DNA of 63,137 nt from Girardia tigrina (Eukaryota): assembly GCA_001938485.1 (NCBI GenBank), contig MQRK01186684.1:35560-98696 (forward strand), read 5' to 3'. The notes under the pieces were generated by a model, which had not been told where the DNA came from, did no database searches, and saw only the letters and a program-made list of their open reading frames with translations. Shown in pieces: positions 10,690-23,691 of this stretch; position 1 is the first letter of the stretch; the number at the start of each line of letters is the position of its first letter. Made by a program: the position numbers and the translations under genes.

Positions 10690-11845
10690 TGCCAAATAAC
10701 AATTAACCTCATCATCGTATATTTATCGTCAATGAATATTATTTAATCAAGAAGAATGTAAACAAGACCACCACAGCTTTTAAAGAGAAGTTTGGATCGT
10801 CTCACTACATTTACTATTCAACGGTATCACGATTAATTGAAAAATTTCGAATAACAGACAGTATTGTTTATGAAACAGAAAACCGAGGGAGAAAAAAAGT
10901 ACGAGAATTGACGAAAATATCGAAAGAGTCGAAACCTATTTTCAAGAAAACCAAAGTGCTTGTCAAAGAATCTCTTTGTAAGAATTAGGAATTAGAAGAT
11001 CTTTGAACGCATCACAAAATTCGACCTGAACCTCTTCTCATACAAGCTTCAAATGACGTAACCCATTTCTCCCAAATGCCGCAAAACAGCGATTTGAGTT
11101 TCCTAACAGCTTGGTTACGACGATGGATGAGAAGTCTATCAATATCTAGCAAAATCTAATTTAGTAACGAAGCTAATTTTCACTTAGACGGTCATATCCA
11201 CATGCGATACTGGGATGAGAGAATTTACACGTAATGATTATAAAACCGTTATATCTAAGAAGGCTAACAGGGCTAACTGTGTGTGCCATTTCATCAAAAA
11301 CTATTTTTTTATCCATATTCATCGAATTTACTGTTACTGGAGTGATTTATCACCAAATATTGAACAAAAAAGCACTTACAAAGATAAGAGACTTTGGCAT
11401 GATGAAAGAATTTTGGTGAATGCAGGATTCAGCACGTCCACATCAAACCCAAGGTTTCACGCTTTTGATCAATGAATTTTGATCAAGACTGATCTGTCTC
11501 GACGCTTTAAAGAAGTCTGAATGAAGAATAAAATGGTCATCTTACTCGCCGGACCTCAATTCTTGTGATTAGTTTCTTTGGGGTTATCTCAAAAATGATA
11601 TCTATCGCGTTTGGCCGGACACTCTTGACAAATTGCTGAGCGCTATTCCTTCAAAGATTGAGCAGATTCAACCTGAAATGCTGGTAAAACGGGTTTGAAC
11701 AACCAATTCAAAACGTCGCTGCATCAGAAGGAATTCACTTCGAGAAGCTTTTTTAAATGCACGTTTTCTTTTAAAATAGTTTTCGATAAATTCATTTTAG
11801 TGCTTATGTTTTGTGCCTCCCCCTATAATTTTGTAAAATACCCTA
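10690..11845 (+). mobile_element. Degraded Tc1/mariner-superfamily element (rosa/DD41D-like)
   Basis: Fragments FSNEANFHLDGHI and SPDLNSCD*FLWGYLKNDIY with multiple stops and frameshifts. Boundaries are approximate. Confidence 0.7.
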
Positions 11846-13903
11846 TATTTTTTTATCATTTGTGTTCTTAAAAATTTCTGGAGACATAGGAGTTATGTTT
11901 GTGCCATAAATAATTATTTATTTGAATTATCTTATAATTAAATGGAAAGAAACAACTTTACAGAACTAAAAGTGCTGGAAGCAGTATTTAATCCAGTCCA
12001 CTTTGCTATGGCAATTTAATACATCAGATCTTTTAGACACTAATGGAGAATTTTTTTAATTAAAAGGATCAAATTCAAATATAAATATCTTATTCCAATG
12101 AACTTAAACAATCAACCGTAGAAAAAATTTTTTGTGGTTAAAATAAATGCTTATTATATTTTTATAATTTTTTAATAGAAATAATTTTACTTGGAATAAT
12201 TTATTTGAAAGTCAAAGTGAATGAAACAGTAATTTATGCATAATAATTTTTAAAATATACTGAAAATGTTGTCGATGCAAACATTATCATGTCTACACAT
12301 ATTTCAGAAAACATACCAGCAGTCATAAGTTTTATAGCATCCGTAGTGTATCGATCATTTTATTGTTACAGGAATCTTATGAAATTTATTTCCGTAATGA
12401 AATAATAATAATAATAAAGTAATCCAATGACATATGATTAGGAGATCATGACAGTCAAATGTCTTTGAAAATGAGCCAGTCTTCAAATACTTTGTTTATC
12501 GATTAGTACGAAAAATATCAAAATCTTGACGGAATGAACAATGGCGACGTTGAACATCGCGTGAGTTTGCTAACGAAACAAGTAATAATACCACAATATC
12601 GGTCAGAGTTTGAAGTTTTGTCAATGATAAAATCAATTAATGATCTCTATAACTTATTGGAAGTAGAATTCCTGCTTTGATAGAACGTAGTGAGATTGAA
12701 TGAACTGATGAGGATTCAAAGCACTCCAAAAGATGAATCCATGATTCATAAGATAAAAAATTAGCCGTCATATCGCTTTGAAATCATTGATAGTAATGTA
12801 TCCATCTTTGAGAATTAGAAGAATTTTTGAACTTTTGTCATCTTGTACGGATAAAATTTATCACCTTTCCATATAACTTTGTGACAAAATGTTTTTTCGA
12901 CGATGGACGCTTTAATTCAAAAACAACATTGAAACATTGTTGATTTCGATAGCATTTTACTGTTAAGAAAAGAAAGACGAGATAGTTTAATAGTCTGCAG
13001 AAGAATACATTCATTAAGTATCGGTAGTCATCCGGTTACGTCCTTAAAATACATTCAATTAGCCTGTTCCTCTGTTAGTATCAACTGAATTGATAAGACG
13101 AGAGACATGTTAATGAATGATTATTAACTATTTAAAGTCAATATTTAGAAATATATATAAATGCATGAACAAACATATTCTTTGATCACACATCGAACAT
13201 AAACAATGAATAAGAAAGAGGAAATATTAAGTAATGAAATATCATTCGAAGACCGATACATTTTGTAAATTATTATGCGCGTACTTTTTCGAATCAAATT
13301 ACTTTAAAATAATTGTATTCTAAAATGTAATACCTTATAACGTAGTTAGGTTTTCAAATTTACAATGGAGTAGACTAAATTTACAATTTAACCTTTACTG
13401 ATGATTGTTTTACTAACCAACCGTTTCTTATTTTTCTTGATTTTCCAGTCTTGTCACTAAATCTCTTTAGACTATCGATGATGTACTATTCAATTTCAAT
13501 CCATTTATCAGTCACAAAGTATTTTAGATTCTGAACTCTTTGTGACATTCATTACATCATTTTTTTCCAAATTAAATCAAGCCTATTTTAGGAGATTAAA
13601 CTCCCTTGATGTGATATGAGTATATTAAACTCTGACTGGGGTTGTCCCAAAGCGGTGTTTTACTACACCTTTATTATTACTATTAACTGTATTAAGTTAT
13701 TTTTTGATTTTGTATATATATATATATATATATAGTATTATATTTTCTTGATAATCACCCTATTAGAATAAAAGATGAGGTTGTGTGTATACATGAGAAG
13801 AGGGGATATCAAATAAAGTAAAATAGTGGTGGACTGAATAACTTAAGATGCACTTTATCTCTTGCTGAGATTTAAATGATCGAGTTGACTTAAATTATTC
13901 CAG

Positions 13904-14108
13904 GATATCGTGGAAAAATTACGTATAATGGGCAGGAAAATACATTTACAAATCGTTGAAAACTCGAATGAGGCAACACATTTATTGTTCCCAAAGAATC
14001 CCAAAGTGTTAGTGACTGATGACGCGGCACGCGTGGTGATGCGAGAAGGCAGGGGGATAATGCTCCACTGGCTCGGCACACCTGAATCTCATGATAACTG
14101 GATATCTG
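13904..14108 (+). CDS. SMARCC2: SMARCC exon 3 (BRCT/chromo-like region)
   Basis: ATHLLFP...RVVMREGRGIMLHWLGTPESHDNWI aligns with SMARCC LLHWG..PDSYDTWI. Acceptor ccag at 13903, donor GTAAGT at 14109. Confidence 0.92.
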
Positions 14109-14151
14109 GTAAGTGTAAACGATTAATTTATCCATTTCTAACGAGCTGAAG

Positions 14152-14364
14152 GCATTCCGAGTGATTGCAACTTATCTCCGGAGCCGTCAATAAGACCCAT
14201 CATCGGTTCCAATCAGCAATGGGAACTCGATTGTCGATGGTTAATGTTGACGATTGAAAATAACGAATGGATGTGTGAAGAAGATTTTCTCTTGCCGAGT
14301 AATCAACAGGAAATGGCAAAGCAGGCGAACAGAAAGCCCATTTCCCCAAGAAAAACATATAATG
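14152..14364 (+). CDS. SMARCC2: SMARCC exon 4
   Basis: W...NEWMCEEDF motif. Phase-1 acceptor (an alternative in-frame AG at 14145 is possible), donor GTAATT at 14365. Confidence 0.88.
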
Positions 14365-14829
14365 GTAATTTATTGATAACAGAGAAATTATTAAAATCTC
14401 GAATCTTGAACGTGATAAAATACCTTTAATTAATTCNNNNNNNNNNNNNNNNNNNNNNNNNNNNNNNNNNNNNNNNNNNNNNNNNNNNNNNNNNNNNNNN
14501 NNNNNNNNNNNNNNNNNNNNNNNNNNNNNNNNNNNNNNNNNNNNNNNNNNNNNNNNNNNNNNNNNNNNNNNNNNNNNNNNNNNNNNNNNNNNNNNNNNNN
14601 NNNNNNNNNNNNNNNNNNNATATATATATATATATACTTCATATCATGATTTTAATATACAATTTTAAGGTCATTTCACATTGAATGTCTGATGTTATCA
14701 CAAAACCAGAGTAAAAATTCCACGACAATGAAGCACATTCAATCAATATCATATTTCCAATATTTATATCATATTTCTATGACACCTTCCCACTTAGAAA
14801 CGAGATTTATTATGTCTTGCTTATAAAAA

Positions 14830-15700
14830 TTCAAATCTTTAGAATGAAAAAAACTCTTGTATACTGTTTTTTACACCATCCAGTGAACAAAATATTTCCC
14901 ACTTAGATGTATCGATCTGAATAAATGAAAATCAGATGGTGCAATATTCGGACTATAGGGTGGATGGGGTAGAATTTTCCGCTCATACTCCTGGATTTTG
15001 CTACGAGTGTTCTTTGCAACGTGCGGCCTTGCATTGTCGTGCTGCATAATCACACCTTACATATTTTCTATTGCCGGAAGTTTAATAGAGATTTGTTCTC
15101 TCAAGCGTGCCAATTGAGCGCAATAAATATCCGAGGTAACTGTTTCGCAAGGTTTCAGCAGTTCAAAGTGAATAATCCCATTCATTCCACACCACACACA
15201 TAACAGAACTTTTTGACCATGAATGTTGGAGTAGACGATGAAGCTTGAGCAGGTGATAACTATTCCCTGTGTCTGAGGATTTTCATGCATCACTTTTCGT
15301 CTCCAGTGACTATTCTTTCAAGAAACGGGTCATTACTCTATCTGGAAAGTAATGAAGAGCAGATTACTAACCGCTGAACTTTATGTTGTTCAGTAAGTTT
15401 GTGTGGTACCCACACACCAGCTCTGCTGACTTTAATATGATGGAAAACTGTCACACGGTATATCCCTGTTTTATCCGCTATCTCATCTAACGTCGGATTC
15501 GGATATTCTTCGACTACAATGTGAAGAGCTTCATCATCCATAGCTGATCTACGGCCTGGCCCGCGTTCATTTTTTAAGTTGAAATTATCGCTTCTAAATT
15601 TCGAGAAATATGTTTGGCACTTCCTCTCTGTGAGAAGTGGTTGCAACCTCAATATCAGGATTCATTTTTTTAACACCAAAATTTATTACTATAACAAAAA
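14830..15700 (-). mobile_element. Degraded mariner transposon
   Basis: WVPHKL, TGDE, KVLLCVW, HDNARPH, HPPYSPNIAPSDFHLF motifs across broken ORFs. Confidence 0.88.
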
Positions 15701-16319
15701 TTCACACATTTAAACAATTTTTTCTGTTAATTTAATTTTCCCGCCACGAATTAATCTATTAAATTTTTCGATTCAATTTCTAAAATTTTGAAAATTTATT
15801 AAATAATCTTCACATTTTAACTAAAAATTTATTTCAAAATTTACTTAAAATTGTTTCATAATTTCTATTAAAATATATAAATTGTTATGACTGTAAAAAT
15901 ATTTTTATTTATAAAACAAATATTTAATATTTAATGGTTTTCTTATCATTTTTAATTTTAAGTACGTATTTGATTTTTTAATAGTTGTTTTATTATATCC
16001 TTTTTTTAATTTTTTAAAATATTGAATACGCATATTGACATTAAAATATTTTATCTTTAAATTAAAAAAAATAATAAATTATTCTGGCGAGATAAAAATT
16101 TAAATTAACCCCTCATACTCTCATTCAACGCTCCAGAATAAATCTTATTGGTTATTCTTGCTGCATTCGAAGCATTTTTTTCCTTTTCGATATTCATAGG
16201 GCATTCAATGTCGCAAATGCTCTTACTCCAGAAATTTTTATTCTTAGTTATTTAAACTTCTTCCTTGGTGGCAAGCTTAATTTCAAAAGTGTATTTTTAT
16301 AACATTTTTTTCATATTAA

Positions 16320-17220
16320 CCCTTTGACTACTGAATTTTTTTTGGAGATATGTTAATTTTATTGAAGTTTTAGACGTAACAAAGGTAATTCTGCATGAAA
16401 AAATTTAAGACTTAGAGATATTTATTACGTAAGTGTTACAAAAATGAGTTTTTTGAGCTACAAACAAGAGTTTTCAATGAATATTGCAGTATTATTATAT
16501 TTTACTGATTAGAATTGGTTTTTATCACTCATCTACATCAAAATGAAGCTTAGTGTGGTAAATTCGGAAACAATTTGGTACGCATAATGGCACATTACAG
16601 TCAAGGCACATGAAATAACTTCGTTGTCGAATTTGTTTCGCACTACAAACAATACAATTTCTTCTACTTCGTTCTCTACTCTTTGGATCTTGTGGAACAT
16701 TGTCGGGAAAGTGACGAGCAACTAATCTCATAGGTGTGTAGGAGCATTAGAAGGTCTACCAACTCTATTTCTCTCTGAAGGACCATATCTCTGAAGTATT
16801 TCTCTAACCAAAAGCAATTTGAACTGAGTAAGCTCTAAGTCTTTAGCATTGTGCTTCATTCTGTGTGCTATATACGAATTGAATATCGCCATATCCATCA
16901 TATGAAAGAATAACTTTTTATACCACTTCAAAGTTTTCCCAATTGAAGCAGAGAATGATATCTGCATCTCAGTTTCATCAACAGCTCCCATTTTTTGTGA
17001 ATAATCCATGACTTCATAATTTCTGTTCCGTTTGATCTATCAATTTTTCCACTGTTCAAGAAATTTGTACTATTTACAGTAGATAACATGTAGACATCTC
17101 GTTTGTCTTTCCATTTCATTTCTAGAAGAGCTGAAGACGAAAACCATTGAACATCTCCTTTTCCAATTTTTAAATCATATGTACTACTATTTATCACAAA
17201 AGTTCGAATTCTAAACAAAA
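16320..17220 (-). mobile_element. piggyBac transposon 3' portion
   Basis: WKDKRDVYMLST, MGAVD, KWYKKLFF and C-terminal CxxC..CxxC..LC..CF..YH domain. Terminus TTAA|CCC at 16316-16322. Confidence 0.9.
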
Positions 17221-17565
17221 CGTTTCTTCAAATCACTTTATTCAAATTCGGTAATGTAATTGTCGAAAGTTTAAAAAATAACACAAATAAATTCGCTTTT
17301 CCACAAATCAATAAAGAGAATCAATCAAACATCGATAAAGGGTTGCCCCCAGGATGGACCGAACACATCCCTTTTTATCAATAAGTTGGTCTTTTAATTT
17401 GATAATGGCCCCACAAATTGCAGGCTTTCTTTCAATTAATTATGGTGTCATTTTGGTAGCCCTCATTGCTAAGCCTCAGCAGACATTCCCACAAGTGAAA
17501 TTTGCTAGTTGGATGTAGTTTCTGGATTTGCATCCGGCGATTGTGGTGGATATTCCATGGATTTA

Positions 17566-18775
17566 CAGGGTGCGGCAGCTATTTGAGAACACGTAATATA
17601 GACACAATATCTTTTTGTGTGTTATAATTACATAATTTAATTTTTGCTGGTAGACATGACAGAAGCTACTCTTACGAATGAAATGAAAAGCCATGCAGTT
17701 ATTATGTCATTAGCTGCAGGACACACCGATTCAGAAATTGCTACATTTTTGAAAGTCGCCCGGTCGTTTGTTTTTAAAGTTCGTACAGAATTAGGAGCTG
17801 CGAAGGGTGANNNNNNNNNNNNNNNNNNNNNNNNNNNNNNNNNNNNNNNNNNNNNNNNNNNNNNNNNNNNNNNNNNNNNNNNNNNNNNNNNNNNNNNNNN
17901 NNNNNNNNNNNNNNNNNNNNNNNNNNNNNNNNNNNNNNNNNNNNNNNNNNNNNNNNNNNNNNNNNNNNNNNNNNNNNNNNNNNNNNNNNNNNNNNNNNNN
18001 NNNNNNNNNNNNNNNNNNNNNNNNNNNNNNNNNNNNNNNNNNNNNNNNNNNNNNNNNNNNNNNNNNNNNNNNNNNNNNNNNNNNNNNNNNNNNNNNNNNN
18101 NNNNNNNNNNNNNNNNNNNNNNNNNNNNNNNNNNNNNNNNNNNNNNNNNNNNNNNNNNNNNNNNNNNNNNNNNNNNNNNNNNNNNNNNNNNNNNNNNNNN
18201 NNNNNNNNNNNNNNNNNNNNNNNNNNNNNNNNNNNNNNNNNNNNNNNNNNNNNNNNNNNNNNNNNNNNNNNNNNNNNNNNNNNNNNNNNNNNNNNNNNNN
18301 NNNNNNNNNNNNNNNNNNNNNNNNNNNNNNNNNNNNNNNNNNNNNNNNNNNNNNNNNNNNNNNNNNNNNNNNNNNNNNNNNNNNNNNNNNNNNNNNNNNN
18401 NNNNNNNNNNNNNNNNNNNNNNNNNNNNNNNNNNNNNNNNNNNNNNNNNNNNNNNNNNNNNNNNNNNNNNNNNNNNNNNNNNNNNNNNNNNNNNNNNNNN
18501 NNNNNNNNNNNNNNNNNNNNNNNNNNNNNNNNNNNNNNNNNNNNNNNNNNNNNNNNNNNNNNNNNNNNNNNNNNNNNNNNNNNNNNNNNNNNNNNNNNNN
18601 NNNNNNNNNNNNNNNNNNNNNNNNNNNNNNNNNNNNNNNNNNNNNNNNTGATGTAGTCCTTTATGTACGTGTTAATATATGTAAAATTTTAAATTGTAAT
18701 AAATGTTATTTTTCTGTTGTATATTCATTTTTCGAACTTTATGTCATTTTGTTCTCAAATAGCTGCCTCACCCTG
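17566..18775 (+). mobile_element. Tc1/mariner-superfamily element (maT/DD37D-like), interior lost in assembly gap
   Basis: 25-bp TIRs CAGGGTG(C/A)GGCAGCTATTTGAGAAC with TA TSD. HTH-like ORF start (GHTDSEIATFLKVARSFVFKVR). Confidence 0.85.
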
Positions 18776-19481
18776 TATAAGTACCTGTATTTTCTTTTGA
18801 TCCTAAATAATTTATACAAGGTTTCTATCTATGGTTTGGGTCGTTGTCTTGCTGAAATACAAACCCTTCCGCAATCAAATCAGTGTCAGATGATTGCGAT
18901 GATAGCACCATACCATTACACTGCTACCCCAAAACTTAACTATTTGCTTTATAGATTGAGGCTTACAGTATATTTGTCGCTTGGTACCCAAAATTTTGAA
19001 TTTGGATGATTATCAAAAAAAGCTCGATCGATCAATTTTTGTATTCTTTTGTCCATTCGAGTCGTTTACAAACTTTTACAGAACGCAAAAAAAATGGATT
19101 AGGCAGTGTGAACCATTGTATCGAAGATCGGCTTCGATAGCGTTTGATTGATCTCGGCTGTAATATCTGGTATTGTGTTGAGCCCCTATTGCTTACTTAA
19201 CACTTGTATGCATCTATCATCACTTTCTCTTGAAATTAATTTTTCTCTGTATTATCGCAATTAATGTTTATAAGCCTAATTTTTTTATTTGTACAATCCA
19301 AACTTTTTAATTAAAATAACAAATATTTTTCAAAAACCATGTTTATATTTGATGAGTTTGTATTTTAACACGAATCATTATCATATATCGACTTATTATT
19401 TTCACTTAGTATTTTTTGCTAATTGTCGATTTTTTTTGTTTTGTTTGTTTTTCAATCATTTTGATTACTTCACCCATTTAA

Positions 19482-19791
19482 CCCTTTCCAGCCCATTGTT
19501 GCCATATGGCAAAATATTTGAAAAATTAAATTACAGTTATCTCTTTTACACAATTTAAATTTTACACAGTAATTGTTTCTAAAAATTCTAATAGATACAC
19601 TATATATATTAGAATGCAAAAAAGGATTTATATTCTAAAAAATAAATTCATTAAAATTTTAATTATTTGAATAGATACACTACATATATTAGAATGCAAA
19701 AAAGCGCGATTCTCACTTGTTTCTTAGCAATTTAAATCAACATTGTAACGGTTATTCAATGCTCCAATATAATAATTTGGGCTGGAAAGGG
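19482..19791. mobile_element. piggyBac-type MITE
   Basis: Perfect 14-bp TIRs CCCTTTCCAGCCCA/TGGGCTGGAAAGGG flanked by TTAA. Confidence 0.92.
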
Positions 19792-20654
19792 TTAACTGGT
19801 AAATGTTTTGATAAATTATTTAAATTTAACAGTTTTGCAAAATCTCAGTTCTATCCGATAATGAAAAGAAGGGTAAAAATAGCTAAAGTAGTTGTATCCA
19901 ATAGAAAAAAGAGATGAACAAATTGAGCGAATGAATATAAAACGTGGTAAAAATGATTTTCAATCTATTTCAGTGTATAATTTCATATATTTTATTGTTG
20001 AAACAGTGAAATAAATGTAGAAATAAGTGTAAAAGAATAGTGCCACAACTATGAAAACCGAAATAATCCAAATTAACAACCTATTGTTTGTATTTTATTT
20101 TGTTAATAATTAGAATTAATATTGGTATAGAAATTTTGTTTTCAATATTAAGTCGAAATAAGGTTGTTTCAAAATAGGCTATTTATCGATCAAAATTAAA
20201 TTTACTATTTTTCATTTCGTCTTTAGTAATTTTACTTATTTATTTTATCATAGTTTCATTAGATTTTTATCAATGATTATTATGTGACATTAAAATTGTT
20301 CTCAAAATAAACTTATATTACTTAAAAAAATACATTTATAACTTTTACTAATTTATTTTGTCATAGTTTCATTAGATGTATTTTAATTATTATTTCGATT
20401 TATATTCTAAAAAATAACTTCAAAAAATAAATTCATTAAAATTTTAATTATTTGAAATTAAATATCGAATCCTAAATTAATATTTTGAGAGGAATTTTGT
20501 GATAATTTAATTATCGATAATTTTTCTCGTTTAAACGAATTCGATTACATCACTATTTAATTTAAATTAATCGATTTAAAGTAAAAGAGGGCAAATGTCT
20601 CGAAGGAGTTTGTTTGATCGGTCAATATAAATAAGATTAATGATCGATCATTAG

Positions 20655-20869
20655 GGGATGATTTGAATGTTATGCTGAACGTCAACTCGCAGCCATCGAG
20701 TGTCGGAGATCAGCAACAATCCTCCAATCAATCAGTGAAGAAGGAAAAGAAAAAACGAAAACTTTCTCCGTCTCCATCAAATAAAGATGAAAACTCAAAT
20801 AAAAGGCGAAAACAAAGTGTCGGTCGTGCAAATAGTCTCGCGAATCTCAGGAAATCAAAAGCAAAAGAA
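20655..20869 (+). CDS. SMARCC2: SMARCC exon 5 (basic KKRKLSPSP region)
   Basis: KKRKLSPSP motif typical of SMARCC. Phase-1 acceptor ttag at 20654, donor GT at 20870. Confidence 0.88.
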
Positions 20870-20915
20870 GTATTGAAGTTGTGCGAAATAAGCAGTTTGA
20901 TTTAAGCGTGTTTAG

Positions 20916-21102
20916 GATGAGGATTATGAAGATGAGGACGTCACGAAGGATTTAGATGACCCTGAATGTCCGAATCGGGTTGAAGAAGTCCCGGCCAATA
21001 GTTTAGGTAGGAATACGCCTTCTAGAGGAGCATCAGCAGCCGGGAATATCGACAACAGGAATAACGTCTTGTATGATCTCGATGAAGAGACTCAAGGCTC
21101 CG
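20916..21102 (+). CDS. SMARCC2: SMARCC exon 6 (EDVTKDLDDP..VEEV)
   Basis: Matches SMARCC EDLTKDMDEP...VEEV and DLDE motifs. Not in the ORF track because it has no start codon. Confidence 0.9.
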
Positions 21103-21151
21103 GTTTGATAATTCGATTTATTTAGTGAAAATAAATTATGTATACATTAAG

Positions 21152-21516
21152 GGGTAAATAATAACTCCACAGCAACTGGACCGAATGGGAATAACGTCGA
21201 TGAATCGTTCCATGCGGACATGAGTGTCACAGAACAGGCACACTGCATCATCATCCCCAGTTATTCCGCCTGGTTCGATTACAATTCCATTCACGTCATC
21301 GAGAGGAGAGCTCTCCCAGAATTTTTTATTGGCAAAAATAAGAGCAAAACAGCTGAAGTTTACATGGCTTATCGAAATTTTATGATCGACACTTATCGAT
21401 TGAATCCACAAGAATATTTGACATTTACAGCATGCAGACGGAATCTAACTGGAGATGTGTGTTCGATTTTGCGAGTTCACGCTTTTCTAGAACAATGGGG
21501 GCTTATTAATTATCAA
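21152..21516 (+). CDS. SMARCC2: SMARCC exon 7 (SWIRM domain)
   Basis: [27 protein letters not shown]...[28 protein letters not shown]...[15 protein letters not shown]. Confidence 0.97.
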
Positions 21517-21570
21517 GTATCGATTGGTTTTTGGATTAGACAAATCATTGACTGATCAATGTTAATCCAG

Positions 21571-21789
21571 GTTGATCAAGAAGGAAAAATAACTGCTGGT
21601 AGTCTTGGTCCACCTAATACCTCACATTTCCATGTATTGACGGACTCGGCGACCGGATTACAGTCACTCGGTAGTCAATCCACCGGTGTCAAAGCTCAAG
21701 GCAACAACAATTCGATCGATAAATTAACTATCCAATCAGCTCAAGGTAAAGATATTCAAGGACCGGATGGAGCAAATATCCAAACAAAG
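21571..21789 (+). CDS. SMARCC2: SMARCC exon 8 (GPPNTSHFHVLTD)
   Basis: GPP.TSHFHVL.D motif after SWIRM. Phase 0 at both ends. Confidence 0.9.
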
Positions 21790-22003
21790 GTGATTCTTAT
21801 TTTCGGACAAATATTATTACTTTTCTATTATATTTTATGATATAAATATTTTAAAACACAAGAAAAATCCATCATAATTTATTGCTATTAATTTCGATGG
21901 ATCAACCATGATCGTCACACTAAAGTAACAATGATATATTCGCACTTATATACCGAAGGGGTTTGCGTCAAATGACTGAGATTATTATTACAAATTTTAT
22001 TTA

Positions 22004-23691
22004 CCGCCAACTCCGCATATCTCGAAATCGCTTATATCAAAGTCCCCATTTTTTCTCCATAAGTTTCAATACATTTTGATACTGTTTATCTCAAAGTCGT
22101 TAAACTCAAATTGTTGCCTATCTCAAACACAAATAATTCGTTTATCTCAAATTGATATTTTTTACAATTGAGTCTTTTTATAAAAAATGTTATCAAATGT
22201 TCATAAAAATGTTATTGAATTTTAAATATCGTTATTTAAATATTGTTTTTTTAATACTATTTAATTACTGGTAAATATTTCAAATTTCTGATTTGGTTGT
22301 CGAAAATACCATATTTATGGACTACGATGATGTTGATAAAAATTTTGTTTCTGTTGCAACTTTATCTGAAAATGACATCGCCAACAGTATTCCAGAAGAC
22401 ACGAAGAAAAATGCTACTGAAACAAGTGACAAAGAGTCAGGTTCCGATCGTCCAATGGTGTCATTGTCGATCGCAGTGAAAGCAATTCATGATGTGGAAC
22501 TTTTTGCATTGAAATAGACCAGTGGTTCCTAACCTTTTTATGTTGCTACCCATGTAACCTGTTAGGAAAACGGATTTTACCCCAACTTAAAAATGATATA
22601 AAATACACTGAGGTTTTTCCACATTCCTATCTAGAATATTCGTGAATCCCCATTGTAAAAATGCTTATTTATATGAGCGCTTCTTTGAGGTATTAGAACT
22701 CATGACCCTTAAAATATTCGTAAAAAAAGTTATCTAAGGAAAAAATAAAAATGTTAATTTTTACTTTTAAGAATATCGAGAAAAAACTAATTATAATTAA
22801 TTATCATTGTTTGTCAAAAAAGTAAATAATATTATTGTAATTATTTCAAAACTGGTAGTAATGAGACAATTGAAGTAATGGTAGTAATGAGAGACAATTG
22901 AACTTGACTTGTTTAAATATGACTTTATATATGACTTGTTTAAATCTCAAACTACCAATACGGCCCGGTAGACTGAGTACTGAGTCACGGCGCATCGCGT
23001 GTGCGCATTGTGGAGCTCAAACACGATAATGCATCGGAATACATGCTCAACCACTCTCAGTTCAAACTGGTTTATACACGTAGTTTCGATAGCAATAAAG
23101 AGTATATGTCACATGAACCACATGCGTTACTGTACTGTATTTTTTATTAACAAAGAAGGCATCACTAAAATTTAGTGGATGCCTTTTTACCCATAAAGAA
23201 TTGCGTTTTTACCCCATGGGGGTAATTACCCCCAGGTTAGGAACCACTGAAATAGACCGAATAAAACCAAATTCTTCATCATATCAGTGTCGTTCAAGTC
23301 CTTAGTCAAAAGTCCAAAGAAGGGTATCAACGATTGATAACTGACTTTTTTCACAATTACTAATTTTAGAACATAATTGTTCTACGGTATCTTGTTTTTC
23401 TATTAATTTTTGTCATATTTAAAATGTTTAACTCTCGTGTTACAAAGAAAAAAATATTTGTGGACAATTTTTTCAAATCTTGGTAATGGTAGGGTTAATA
23501 GTTAAACGTCATTATTTAGATTTTTTAATCTGAATATAAATGTAACTGAAATTTGAAATATAAATTAAAAATAGAAATGGATATTAATAAATACTTGTAA
23601 TAATAAACTTTAAAATATGTGATTTTGTTCTAAATCGTTTGTCTCAAGTTTTTTATGGTTCCCAAGAATTTGAGATATGTGGAGTTGACTG
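22004..23691 (+). mobile_element. Non-autonomous pogo/Tigger element, interrupted by a hAT MITE
   Basis: Imperfect TIRs (CCGCCAACTCCGCATATCTC / GAGATATGTGGAGTTGACTG), TA TSD, Tigger-like acidic C-terminal remnant ending ..ITDFF. Confidence 0.8.
22520..23249. mobile_element. hAT (Buster/Charlie-type) MITE
   Basis: TIRs CAGTGGTTCCTAACCT/AGGTTAGGAACCACTG with perfect 8-bp TSD AAATAGAC (nnnTAnnn). Confidence 0.95.

Noticed and set aside
12705-12750. CTGATGA followed by a GGATTCA/TGAATCC stem
   Set aside because: No GAAA after the stem and no stem I/III. Probably chance.
17644-19009. 335-aa and 400-aa ORFs
   Set aside because: Almost entirely N-gap translated as X. Only the first ~55 codons are a real transposase start.
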